A stretch of DNA of 64,000 bases from Candidatus Eiseniibacteriota bacterium. Lineage in GTDB: Bacteria > Eisenbacteria > RBG-16-71-46 > CAVPCR01. The stretch spans positions 1,696,001 through 1,760,000 of the forward strand of contig CAWGMA010000001.1 in assembly GCA_963823555.1 (NCBI GenBank), given 5' to 3'. The position numbers and the translations under genes are program-made. A model generated the notes under the pieces. The model was not told the origin of the DNA. It was given only the letters and a program-made list of their open reading frames with translations, and made no database searches. Positions 28,206 to 39,000 of this stretch are shown one piece after another (the stretch's first letter is position 1; each line of letters begins with the position of its first letter).

Positions 28206-29761
28206 CCCGCGGCGTTCGCTGGCGACAGGGATCCCTTGGGCTCACCGTCTTTGCGGGCCGCCTCGCGCGGCGGCCGCGACACCTCATCGGGTGCCCGACG
28301 CCGTCCCGATTTGTTGCCACCGTTCCGGATCCGCTCACCCTCGATCTCCGCGAGCATCTCCGGCGTGACATCGCCGGTCGGATAGTTTCCGCTGAAACAT
28401 GCCGAGCAAGCGGTCGTGATCCCCTGGCTCCCGGCCAGCACCGACTCCTCGAGCGCACCGAGCTCCTGGTAGATCACCTTGTCGGCGCCCAGGAGTGTTG
28501 CCACTTCCTCGGGCGTCCGGTCGCGGGCGATGAACTCGGTCCGGGTCTGCATATCGATGCCGTAGACGCAGGGGTAGCGGATCGGGGGCGCCGTCGAGGC
28601 CAGGTAGACCTTCTCCGCCCCGTTCCTTCGCACCATGTCGACGATCGAGCGCGAGGTGTGTCCGCGCACGATCGAGTCATCGACGATGAGCACTCGCTTC
28701 CCCTCGAACACGGGTCGGATCGTGTTGAGCTTGTGCCGCACCGAGCGCCGGCGGGCGTCGTCATCGGCCATGATGAAGGTGCGCCCGATGTAGCGGTTCT
28801 TGACCAGCCCTTCGCGGAAGGGCAGCCCGAGCTCGGTGGCGATCGCCTGCGCCGCCGTGCGCGCCGAATCGGGCACCGGCACCACCACATCGATCTCCAG
28901 GCCCAGCTCGCGGATCTTCTGCGCGAGCCGCTCCCCCATCCGGATCCGCGTGTGATAGACGGAGATCGAGTCGATCACGGAATCCGGCCGCGCGAAGTAC
29001 ACGAACTCGAAGAGGCACGGGTGCGGCCGTGCCGGCACGACCTGCCGCGAATGCACCTGCCCCATCATGTCGACGAAGATCGCCTCCCCGGGCGCGGGGG
29101 TGCGGATCTCATCGAACCCGAGGAGGTCGAGGACGACCGACTCCGACGCCACGGCGTAGGACGGCTGGCCGTGCAAGGTCCGGTGACCGAAGGCGATCGG
29201 CTTGATGCCGTAGGGATCGCGGAAGGCGAAGAGCCCCTGCCCCGCGATCATGCCGACCACCGAGTACGAGCCGTGCACGCGCCGGAAGACCTCAGCCACC
29301 GCCTGGTAGTACGAATCCAGGTCGAAGCCGTCTCGGGCCTTGCGCTCGAGCTCCGAGGCGAACACGTTCTGCAGCACCTCGACATCGCAACCGGAGTCGA
29401 TGTGCCGGGACTCCCGTACCTCGAGCTCGCGCTTCAGCTCGTGGTAGTTGGAGACGTTGCCGTTGTGCGCCATCACGATGCCATAGGGGTAGTTGAGCAC
29501 GAACGGCTGCGCGTCCTCGCCGCCGCCCGACCCCATGGTCGGATAGCGCACATGGCCGATCCCGATCCCGCCCTTCAGCCGCTCGATGTTGTCGGCGAAG
29601 AAGATGTCCCGGACGAGTCCCTCCCCCTTCTTGACGTGGAAGCGCCCGTCATAGGTCACGATCCCCGCCGCATCCTGGCCGCGGTGCTGCACCGCGACCA
29701 GGCCGTCATAGATCTCACGGACCGCCGATTCGGAATGGAAAAGTCCCAGGAACCCGCACAT
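28202..29761 (-). CDS. purF: Amidophosphoribosyltransferase
   Basis: N-terminal Ntn nucleophile MCG, QHRGQDAAG, GHVRYPT, AHNGN, CLFEFVYFARPDS, PRPP site VDDSIVRG, YGID, CSAC. Confidence 0.96.
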   Translation of the reverse strand: MCGFLGLFHSESAVREIYDGLVAVQHRGQDAAGIVTYDGRFHVKKGEGLVRDIFFADNIERLKGGIGIGHVRYPTMGSGGGEDAQPFVLNYPYGIVMAHNGNVSNYHELKRELEVRESRHIDSGCDVEVLQNVFASELERKARDGFDLDSYYQAVAEVFRRVHGSYSVVGMIAGQGLFAFRDPYGIKPIAFGHRTLHGQPSYAVASESVVLDLLGFDEIRTPAPGEAIFVDMMGQVHSRQVVPARPHPCLFEFVYFARPDSVIDSISVYHTRIRMGERLAQKIRELGLEIDVVVPVPDSARTAAQAIATELGLPFREGLVKNRYIGRTFIMADDDARRRSVRHKLNTIRPVFEGKRVLIVDDSIVRGHTSRSIVDMVRRNGAEKVYLASTAPPIRYPCVYGIDMQTRTEFIARDRTPEEVATLLGADKVIYQELGALEESVLAGSQGITTACSACFSGNYPTGDVTPEMLAEIEGERIRNGGNKSGRRRAPDEVSRPPREAARKDGEPKGSLSPANAAG

Positions 29762-29814
29762 GAGCTTTGTTCACCTCGAAGACGCCTCTGCCGAGCGGAC
29801 GTGGAGCTACAACC

Positions 29815-31078
29815 CTAGCTGGCCGTACCAGCCTCCACCAGATCCTCCATCTTGACCCCGCGCTGGGTCTCGGCGGGAATGTAGGACTCGAGGTGGGTGA
29901 GCTGACCGGCCTCCTTGATCAGGTTGCGGGCGATCGACCATGCGCTGGACCTGGTTGGTGCCCTCGTAGATCTGGGTGATCTTGGCGTCGCGCATGTACT
30001 TCTCGATCGGGTAGTCCCGCATGAAGCCGTAGCCGCCGAAGATCTGCACGGCGTCGGTGGTGACCTCCATGGCGACGTCGGTGGCGAAGCACTTGGCCAT
30101 GGCGGCCAGCTTGGTGACGTCGCGGGTCGCCGGTCTCCAGCGGCGCCGCGGCGGCGGCGTAGACCAGCTGGCGCGCGGCCTCGATCTTCATCGCCATGTC
30201 GGCCAGCATCTGCTGGATCATCTGGAAGGACGAGATCGGCTGCGCCGAACTGCTGGCGCCGGTTGGCGTAGACCAGGGCGAGGTCGAGCGCGCCCTGGGC
30301 CGCAGGCCCACGCGCCTGCGCGGCGACGCCGGGCCGGGCGCGGTCGAGGGTCATCATGGCGTGCTTGAAGCCGCAGCCCGGGCTTGCCGCCGAGCAGGTT
30401 GCTCCGGCCGGCACGCGGCACGTTCTCGAAGTGCGGTCTCGACCACCGGCACGCAGCGGATGCCCATCTTGTCCTCGACCTTGCCGATCGAGAAGCCGGG
30501 CGTGCCCTTCTCGACGATGAAGGCCGAGATGCGCCGCGACTTGACGCTCGGGATCGGTGACCGCGAAGACGGTGTAGAGGTCGGCGACGCCGCCGTTGGT
30601 GGTCCACTTCTTCTCGCCGTCAGAGGACGTAGTCGTCGCCGTCCTCGCTCGCCCCGGCACGCGCAGGCCGCCGGCGTCGGAGCCGGCGTACTTCTCGGAG
30701 AGGCAGAAGGCGATCAGCTTCTCGCCGCGCGGCGATCTGCGGCAGGTACTTCTGCTTCTGCTCCTCGGTCCCGCCGACGCAGGATGGGGAACGAGCCCAG
30801 GGCGTTGACCGCGAAGAGCACGCCGACGCCACCGCAGGCGCGCGACAGCTCCTCCACGACGAGGCAGAGGTCGAGGACGTCGTGCCGCCCGGCCGCCGCC
30901 GTACTGCCTTCGGGATCCACACCCCGAAGAGCCCGGCCTCGGCCAGCGCTTCCTTGATCTCCCAGGGGTACTCCTGGAGCTCGTCGTACTTCGCGGCCAG
31001 CGGGCGGACGACCTTCTCGGCCACCTCGCGCGCGCGCTCCTGCCACTGGCGAGTTTCGTTGGTCATAAACGCCGACAT
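29815..31078 (-). pseudogene. Acyl-CoA dehydrogenase with many frameshifts (likely sequencing indels)
   Basis: A complete ACAD can be stitched from three frames: [87 protein letters not shown]. Confidence 0.85.
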
Positions 31079-31242
31079 GGTTGCCTCTTCTTCCCGCGCC
31101 CTTCCGGCGCCGGCATTTTGAGTTGTCGTCCGAGGGCCGCACGAAATGGGGAAGCTCGCAGTCTAGCACACGACCCGGCAGCTTGGACGGGGCGCGCTCC
31201 CAAGCGTAAGAGGGGATCACGCCACCAGGGCAGGCGTCCTGG

Positions 31243-32337
31243 TCAGTCGCCCAGCCGCTCTTCGGTGGCCGCGTCGAAGAGATGGAGCCGATCGAGCTCG
31301 AGATCGAGCGCCAGTGTGGACCCCACGGCAGGCGCCCGGTGGGGGTCCACCTTGGCCACGAGCAGGGCCTTCCCAAGCCGTCCGTGCACGATCACCTCGT
31401 GGCCCAGAGGCTCCACGAGCTCGACCTGGACCTGGAGCGTCTGGGTCGGGCCCCGAGCACCGGCCTCCGCGTCACGCAAGTGCTCGGGTCGGATCCCCAC
31501 CGCGACCTTGAGCCCGCCCCGGCCGGCGGTGAGGGCACAGAGCGACTCCGGCACGGGCAGCGTCACAGCCTCTGCCACCAGGGCCTGGCCGCCGGCCTCC
31601 ACGATCGCCGGGACGACATTCATCGGCGGCGTGCCGATGAAATGGGCCACGAAGAGATTCGCCGGGCGCTCGTAGACCTCGAGCGCCGTCCCCACCTGCT
31701 GCAGCTTGCCGTCCCGCATGACGGCGATGCGATGGCCCATGGTCATCGCCTCCACCTGATCGTGGGTGACGTAGATGCAGGTGGTCTGGAGCCGCTGCTG
31801 GAGGCGGGTGAGCTCTCCCCGCATCTGCACCCGGAGCTTGGCGTCCAGGTTGGACAGCGGCTCGTCGAAGAGGAAGACCGACGGCTTCCTCACGATCGCC
31901 CTCCCCAGAGCGACCCGCTGGCGCTGGCCACCCGAGAGCTGCTTCGGCTTCCGATCGAGAAGATGCGCGATGTCAAGAACTTGGGCTGCCTCGCGAACCC
32001 GGGTGTCCATCTCGGCCCGCGGTGTCTTGCGCATCCTGAGCCCGAACTCGAGGTTCCCGCGCACCGTGAGGTGCGGGTAGAGCGCGTAGCTCTGGAACAC
32101 CATGGCGATGTCCCGATCCTTGGGCGGCAGATCGTTGACCTGCCGGCCACCGATCGAAATCGTCCCCGCGCTCACTTCCTCGAGGCCCGCGAGCATACGC
32201 AGGGCGGTCGACTTGCCGCAGCCCGATGGCCCGACGAGTACCATGAACTCCCGGTCGTGGACGCGAAGATCGAGCCCCTCGATGACGGAGACCGTCCCGA
32301 ACTGCTTGCTGACCCCCCTGAACTCGACCTCGGCCAT
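31243..32337 (-). CDS. Carbohydrate ABC transporter ATP-binding protein (MalK/UgpC/MsmX type)
   Basis: GPSGCGKST, MVFQSYALYPH, LSGGQRQRVALGRA, FDEPLSNLDAKLR, YVTHDQVEAMT, C-terminal TOBE domain. Confidence 0.93.
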   Translation of the reverse strand: MAEVEFRGVSKQFGTVSVIEGLDLRVHDREFMVLVGPSGCGKSTALRMLAGLEEVSAGTISIGGRQVNDLPPKDRDIAMVFQSYALYPHLTVRGNLEFGLRMRKTPRAEMDTRVREAAQVLDIAHLLDRKPKQLSGGQRQRVALGRAIVRKPSVFLFDEPLSNLDAKLRVQMRGELTRLQQRLQTTCIYVTHDQVEAMTMGHRIAVMRDGKLQQVGTALEVYERPANLFVAHFIGTPPMNVVPAIVEAGGQALVAEAVTLPVPESLCALTAGRGGLKVAVGIRPEHLRDAEAGARGPTQTLQVQVELVEPLGHEVIVHGRLGKALLVAKVDPHRAPAVGSTLALDLELDRLHLFDAATEERLGD

Positions 32338-32593
32338 ACCCCGGTGCTCCTCCTGCCCTGGCTCCGTCCCGGCGCGGGAGACGTTGGCGATGCGCTTGAG
32401 AGGCCCATCCTCATCCCGGGCCCCACCCGCGGTCAAGGCCTGGAAGCTCGCGTCCCGACCTGCCCGCCCCGGCGGCTCGTCCGATCCTCGCCTCACAAAG
32501 GAGATTGCAGCCCGCGCCGGGCTTGATATGCTGCCCCTGCCCGGGCCCACGCTGGCAGGGGGCAGGGCGAATGGCACGGCCGGTCGAAACACG

Positions 32594-33490
32594 ATGAGCC
32601 TCGTCAACCGCCTCATAGCCTCCACGATCCCCATCGTCCCCCGCCCCATCATTGGTCACTTTTCACGGCGTTACATTGCAGGTCCGAACCTCGATGATGC
32701 CGTGCGCGTGGTCCGCGACCTCAACCGCTCCGGCGTCCTCGCCACCATGGACGTGCTCGGCGAGCACCTGACCCGGATCGAGGAAGCCGAGCCCGCCCTC
32801 GCCGAGTATCTCCGTCTCATTGACCGCATTGCGAGCGAGAAGCTCGACTCCACCGTTTCGGTCAAGCTCACCGCGCTCGGACTCGAGAAGGATCCAGCGG
32901 TCTGTCTCGATCACATGCGCCAGATCTGCGCTGCAGCCCGCGCTCACGACAACTTCGTGACCATCGACATGGAGGACTCGCGCGTCACCACGCCGACGCT
33001 CGACATCTACCGCCAGCTCCGGCGGGAGTTCTCTGCTGTCGGGGGTGTCATCCAGGCGTATCTGCGCCGCAGCATGGCGGATATCCAGGAGCTCGCGGCC
33101 GAGAACGCCCGCCTCCGCATCTGCAAGGGCATCTACATCGAGCCACGGGCGATCGCCTACAAGGAACGCGACATCATCCGCGCCAATTTCGTCGAGATCA
33201 TCGCCACCCTGATGCGTGCCGGGTGCTATGTCGAGATCGCAACCCACGACGAAACGGTCGTTTGGCATGCGCTACGGCTCATCAAGGAACTGCGCCTGCC
33301 GCGCGATGCGTATGAGTTCCAGATGCTCCTCGGGGTAGACGAGGAACTGCGCCGCATCCTGGTCGGAGCCGGCCACCGCCTGCGCGTCTATGTCCCCTAT
33401 GGCGCTCACTGGCATGCCTATTCGGTGCGCCGTCTCAAGGAGAATCCCGACATCGTCGGACACGTCCTCAAGAACATCCTGCGCGTGTAG
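32594..33490 (+). CDS. Monofunctional proline dehydrogenase
   Basis: RRYIAG, DVLGE, SVKLTALG, IDMED, QAYLRRS, RICKGIY, IATHD, EFQMLLG, RVYVPYG, RRLKENP. Confidence 0.92.
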   Translation: MSLVNRLIASTIPIVPRPIIGHFSRRYIAGPNLDDAVRVVRDLNRSGVLATMDVLGEHLTRIEEAEPALAEYLRLIDRIASEKLDSTVSVKLTALGLEKDPAVCLDHMRQICAAARAHDNFVTIDMEDSRVTTPTLDIYRQLRREFSAVGGVIQAYLRRSMADIQELAAENARLRICKGIYIEPRAIAYKERDIIRANFVEIIATLMRAGCYVEIATHDETVVWHALRLIKELRLPRDAYEFQMLLGVDEELRRILVGAGHRLRVYVPYGAHWHAYSVRRLKENPDIVGHVLKNILRV

Positions 33491-33528
33491 AACCCGGCGC
33501 CGCACGGCCTTGGTGGCAGGATCGAGCG

Positions 33529-34746
33529 CTAGTTGGGCGCCCATGGGCCGCTGGCCGTCCCCTCGCGATAGAAGACGTCGCCCTCGCCGAATCCGGCATT
33601 GCGCCACACGAGGTGGAGCTTTCCCACCGTCCCCGCGCCCAGGGACGGATTGAAGCAGGAGACCGGAAGATCGGTGGTGATGGCGGTTTCCTCGCTCAAA
33701 CGGCCGCCGCCGAGGCGTGCGTAGTAGATCTGGATGGACTGCTCTTCACCCTGGCTGTGCCGGCCATCCTCCCACAGAAGGTGGACGCCGCTATCGCTCG
33801 CCAGGAGGCTGGGAGACCGGGTGAACGAGGTGGCCAGCCCAATCGGGATGGGCGATGAGAACCTCTCGGCTCCGGCCGAGGCCACGTAAACCCGCTCGGA
33901 ATCGCCTCGTGACTCCTGCCACGCGATATGGACGCCTCCTCCTGGATCCACGGCGACCACGGGTCGCGTCTGCTTGCTATCCCCTTCCATTGGGCTGATT
34001 TCGAAGGGCTTCCTGATGTCGCCGGGAGCCAGGCTGCCGTAGAAGATACGTCGCGCACCGCCACGGCTGTCGGCCCAAGCCAGATGGAGTCGACTGTCGG
34101 GGCCGTAGGCGAGCGAAATCTGGTCCGAAGCCCTCTTGTCCTGGGGTGTTACCGGCTCGACGGGACCGAGCTTGCCGTCGGGAGCGCGCCGGCGGAGGCG
34201 GAGCTCGTAGTTCATCTCCTCCATCACGGTCCAGGCGATGGCGATCTCGCCCTTGGGGCCCGCTGCGATCGCGGGCTCCATGAGGAGCAGCGTGGGCTCG
34301 GATATCGCCTGCGACTCCAACAGCTTGGGCTCCAGAGGATCGATGAAGGCGAGGCGCACCTCGAAGCTCCCCGACCCCTGATCGACCCAGGCCACGGCCA
34401 CACGCCCGTCGGCGGTGGTCGCCAGCGCGGCATCCCCCGAGTACTTGCCATCACGCGGCGTCAGGAGGGCACTCTTGGACCAGCGCCCGTCCGGCTGCCT
34501 CACTCGAGCCATGAGCTCGGGCGTTCCCCCTTCGGTCGTGAACTCCGACCACACGACGATCACCCGCCCCTGCCCGTCCGCAGCCACGGCCTGGGGATTG
34601 ATCTCGTTCAGGAGTGAGGCCGCGGGACTGTCGGAGAGGTTCACCTCCGCCGTGAAGGTCGCGGCTGAAACCCGGCTCACCCAGAGACCGAGGAGCGTGA
34701 CGACCGCCATAACCGAGATAGCCCTTTGCAGATAGTCGCGTTCCAT
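33529..34746 (-). CDS. Secreted beta-propeller-like hypothetical protein
   Basis: Signal peptide, then about seven repeats of P-x-(A/V)..D..G-x-hydrophobic-H-x-x-W (GRVIVVW, GRVAVAW, SRLHLAW, GGVHIAW, GVHLLW, GKLHLVW). Confidence 0.65.
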   Translation of the reverse strand: MERDYLQRAISVMAVVTLLGLWVSRVSAATFTAEVNLSDSPAASLLNEINPQAVAADGQGRVIVVWSEFTTEGGTPELMARVRQPDGRWSKSALLTPRDGKYSGDAALATTADGRVAVAWVDQGSGSFEVRLAFIDPLEPKLLESQAISEPTLLLMEPAIAAGPKGEIAIAWTVMEEMNYELRLRRRAPDGKLGPVEPVTPQDKRASDQISLAYGPDSRLHLAWADSRGGARRIFYGSLAPGDIRKPFEISPMEGDSKQTRPVVAVDPGGGVHIAWQESRGDSERVYVASAGAERFSSPIPIGLATSFTRSPSLLASDSGVHLLWEDGRHSQGEEQSIQIYYARLGGGRLSEETAITTDLPVSCFNPSLGAGTVGKLHLVWRNAGFGEGDVFYREGTASGPWAPN

Positions 34747-34841
34747 GCGCCACAGTGTAACCGATTCCGGGCTGTGTCGTGCAACTCCCGCCAATTCCGG
34801 CATTTGACTCGCACGGGCGCGCACCCTACGATCCGTTTGCC

Positions 34842-36053
34842 ATGACTCACCCTGGAGAGAGCGCGAGCGCACCAGCGGCTACCAAATCACCTCGTCGCAA
34901 CGAGGTGGTCGTCAACGTCATCGGATCCGAGCGTCTGCTCTCGGGTCACCTGTGGGTATTCCGCCCGCAGATCCTCCGTGGCGAACCTGAGGATGGAGCG
35001 GTGGTGCGCGTTACCGATCAGCGCGGCCGCTTCCTCGGGATGGCCTTCCACTCCGCGCAGTCCGCCATCGCCCTCCGCCTCCTCTCGCGCGAGGAGTGCG
35101 CCATCGATGGCGACTTCCTCCGGAAGCTGCTGCGCACGGCGCGGGCGAGGCGAGAGTTCCACCTCCCGGGAGTCACGGCGTATCGCCTCGTCCATGGCGA
35201 GGCCGACGGGCTGCCGGGAACCATCGTCGATGTCTACGGCAGGCACCTCGTGCTCCAGACGCTCACCGCAGGCAGCGAGCACCTCCTGGGGCCGCTCGAA
35301 GAAGCGCTCGCCGAGGTCATGGCTCCGGACTCGATTCTCCTCCGCAATGACCCGGCGGTGCGCCGGCTCGAGGGACTGCCCCGGGAGGTGCGCCAGCTCC
35401 GGGGCACCACCCCACAACGCCTGCACCTCCGCGAGGGATCGATCCATCTCACCGCCGATTGCTGGCACGGGCAGAAGACCGGGCTCTTCCTCGACCAGCG
35501 GGAGAACCGGATCGCCGTCGAGGCCCTCGGCGGCCGCCAGGTCCTCGATTGCTTCAGCTACGAGGGCGCATTTGCGCTCCACGCCGCCACTTTCGCCGAG
35601 CAGGTGACGGCGGTCGATGTCTCGCGCGACGCCCTCTTGCAGGTGGAAGCCCACGCGGAGATGAACGGGCTCGCCAATATCCGCGCGGTCGAGGGCAACG
35701 CCTTCGATGTGCTGCGCTCGTACGCGGTCGGAGGCCAGCGCTTCGATCTCGTGATCCTCGACCCGCCCGCGTTCGCCAAGAACAAGGCCGCGCTCGATGG
35801 CGCCCTGCGTGGCTACAAGGAGATCAATCTCCGCGCCTTGAAGCTCCTCATGCCCGGGGGCCGCCTTGTCACCTCGAGCTGCTCCTATCACATGAACGAG
35901 CAACGCTTCGAGGCCATGCTCCGCGACGCGGCGGCGGATGCGCGGCGGACGGTCAGGGTCCTCGCCCGGCGGGGCCAGGCCGCAGACCACCCGGTGCTCC
36001 TCGGGGTGCCGGAGACCTCCTACCTCAAGTCCTGGGTGCTCGAGGCGGAGTGA
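34842..36053 (+). CDS. RlmI/RlmK-like class I SAM-dependent rRNA methyltransferase
   Basis: PUA-like GHLWVF, RLVHGEADGLPG, GQKTGLFLDQRENR, VLDCFSYEG, ILDPPAFAK, SSCS, DHP..PETSYLK. Confidence 0.9.
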   Translation: MTHPGESASAPAATKSPRRNEVVVNVIGSERLLSGHLWVFRPQILRGEPEDGAVVRVTDQRGRFLGMAFHSAQSAIALRLLSREECAIDGDFLRKLLRTARARREFHLPGVTAYRLVHGEADGLPGTIVDVYGRHLVLQTLTAGSEHLLGPLEEALAEVMAPDSILLRNDPAVRRLEGLPREVRQLRGTTPQRLHLREGSIHLTADCWHGQKTGLFLDQRENRIAVEALGGRQVLDCFSYEGAFALHAATFAEQVTAVDVSRDALLQVEAHAEMNGLANIRAVEGNAFDVLRSYAVGGQRFDLVILDPPAFAKNKAALDGALRGYKEINLRALKLLMPGGRLVTSSCSYHMNEQRFEAMLRDAAADARRTVRVLARRGQAADHPVLLGVPETSYLKSWVLEAE

Positions 36054-36059
36054 TCCTCG

Positions 36060-39000
36060 CTAGCGAAGACGACCGCGCTCGGCCGGCATGCAGTCGGGAC
36101 GCCGGCAGTAGATGGCGGCGCGGGCTTTGGCCTCTTCGCTGATCAGGATGGAGGCCCGGGCGCGGGCCACCCGGTGGGGATCCTGCAGGTCTCGCGGAAC
36201 GGGCACCATGACCGACTCCTGGGCCATGAGACCGGCGCTGAGCGCCGCCCCTTCCGTGCCCTCGAAGTAGACTTCCCCTTCGATCCGGGCCAGCGCCACC
36301 TCGACATGCGACGCAGCGACGATGTTGGCCGCCACCGCCGGGAGCAGCGCCCTGAGAACGTCCGCTGCCCGCGGATCTCCCCCAGCGCCCATTGCATCGA
36401 TCGCGAGGAGGCGCCGGGACGGATCCTCTTCGGCCCAGATCAACGCCGCGAGGTCCGCCGTCGCCTGGGGGCCGGCGCGGCCGAGCGCGTGGCCGGCGGC
36501 CAGGCGAACCCCTGGACTTGGGTCTTTCATCGCCTCGACGAGCGCCGGCACGGCCGCCTCGAGGCGGGCTGATGCCTCTGCATCCGCACGCCCAAGCTCG
36601 AGCCGCTCGCCCAAGGCGTAGGCCGCCGCTTGCCGCGTCGAGGCGTCCGCGTCCGAGAGGCCCGCGATGAGGACGTGCACCGAGGCTCGGCCACCGCCCC
36701 GCCCGAGCGCTACCAGGGAACCTGCGCGCACGCGCCAGCTCGCGTGCTTCGCCCCACTCATGAGCTCCTTCTCGACCCCCTCCGCCTCGATCCGCTCGAG
36801 ACACCAGGCCGCACCTCGCGCCGCGCGCTCGTCGGCGCCGAGGAGCACCCGCGCGAACTCCTTCTCCACCATGTCCGGGCCGAGGAGGAGCGCGAGGTCC
36901 TTGATCGTGTGACGTTCCCGCGCCACATCCGTGCCCAGACGGTCCGCGAGCTCGCGCGCGCTCGTCTTGCCACGGCGAACGATCTCGGTCCGCGCCTGAT
37001 CGCGCTCGACCGTGAAGCGCGGCTCTCCGGTCGCGGCCCGGTGGAAGAGCCGCTCGAACGACATCGTCCGGAAGCTATCGGGCACGCTCTCCGCCGGAGC
37101 CATGGCCGGGTGCCCCTCGAGCGGCTCGCGGGTGGGAGGTGAAGCACTGACGGCCGGACCGAGCTCTGGCGGCGCGCCACCCAAGGGCCACGGTTCCTGC
37201 GCCAGCTCGGCGATGACCGCGATCCAGTCGCGTTCGCCATCGATGCCGATCCCATGCTCCCCCTCCTGCCACAACCGCCCATCGCCCGCGCCATCCCCGA
37301 GGTAGTCATCCGCGCCTCCGGCATCGATGAGAAGACCGATGCTGCCCCGATGCCGCCGCAGGTTCCCGTATCCCTGACTCGTGGTCGCGTTGCGCACGGT
37401 GTAGACATCATCCCCGGCCCGATCGATGAGCAGCCCCGCGCCATTGGCGTTCCCCGCACCCTGGGACAGGTCGCTGGCGTCATAGCGATCGTTGCCGGCG
37501 CCATCGATGAGCGCGCCCAGCGCCAGATCGTGCCCGCAGCCTTGCGAGACGCCCTTAGTGCGATACAGATCGTCTCCCTCCTCATCGACCAGCGCAGCGA
37601 CGGCAACGTGCACGCCTGAGCCCTGCGTGTAGTTGAACCCGTCGTAGTGATCGTTGCCCCCGCGATCGACGATACCCCCGAGCGCGCACCAGTAGGCGCT
37701 GCCCTGGGCGAACACCTCGGCCATGTAGCGATCGTGGCCGCCGCCGTCGACGAGCAGCCCTATTCCACCCGACGCATGCGGTCTCAGGCCGTAGCCGAAG
37801 CCCTGGGCCATGCTGAGCGTCGTCGTCGCGTCGCGAAGCAGGTCGGAGAATCTCGGCTGACAGAGGTAGATATCCTCGCCGGCTCGATCCTCGAGGAACC
37901 CCACACCCCAGACGAACCCGAAGCCCTGGGTGAAGGCGCTCCCCTGATAGAGATCGCGGCCTTCCTGGTCGCGAAGAACACCCATCCCGAACGCTCCGGC
38001 CCCACAGGTGAACGTCCCGCCGAGATAGCGATCCTCCCCACCACGATCATCGAGGAGCCCGAGCCCGCAGAAGCCCGCGCCCAGAGCACAGTCGCCGGCG
38101 GCATAGAGATCGTTCCCCGCGAGATCGATCAGGATGCCCGCGCCGAGCATGCCGGCGGCGAGCATGAACGGCGCATCACCGCGGTAGGCGTCGTTCCCCG
38201 CCACATCGATGGCCACGGCGGCGACCCCGGGCGTGCCGCCATTCCCGCCGGCGCCGGCCTCATAGACGTCATCCCCGCCCAGATCGAGGATCAGCCCGCA
38301 AGGTTCCGCGTAGCGGGTGGGGCCCGGTCCACCGAGCACGGCCGGCCGCCCATCCGCCAGGCGGTACACTCCCAGCACGTCCCCCATGGCCGGCGGCGGC
38401 CCATCCCAGGGCGGGAGCGCGATATCGCCCCGGCCCAGGCCGCGCGGCGCCGCCGAGGCAACCGACCATGCGGCAAGTGCCAGATCTTCAGCGGCCTGGA
38501 GCAAGCGTCTGCGGTCGATCTTCGCGGCGGCTGCGAGTACGCGCTCCCCGGCGGCCTCGCCCTCCGCCTCGGCGACCGCCACCTCATCGATCGTGCGCGC
38601 CGCCTCATCCTCGTCGAAACGAAGCAGTTCGGGGCCATCCGCGCGGAGCGTCGAGAGCTCCTCGGGCGTGAGACCGGCGAAGGCCGCCCGCCACAGATTG
38701 CGTACGGATCCCTCATCGATGCGATCGGCGAGGTCCGTGAATGCCGCGGCCAGATCATCGTAGTGAGGCCCCACGAAGCCAGGCCGCAGGCCCCCGGCGG
38801 GCAAGACCTCGCCCCGAAGCGCCTCTGCCGCGGCACGAACGGGGTCGGCCGACAGCTTCCGCGCCAGGCTGTCGACAGCTGCCGGAGTGTGGCGTGGATT
38901 CACGAGAAGGTCATCGATCAGCCGCAGCCGGAACTCATCGCGATCCTCGTAGTCGGTGCGAAAGCCGATGTCGGCCGGATCCAGGCCAGCGATGGCAAGC

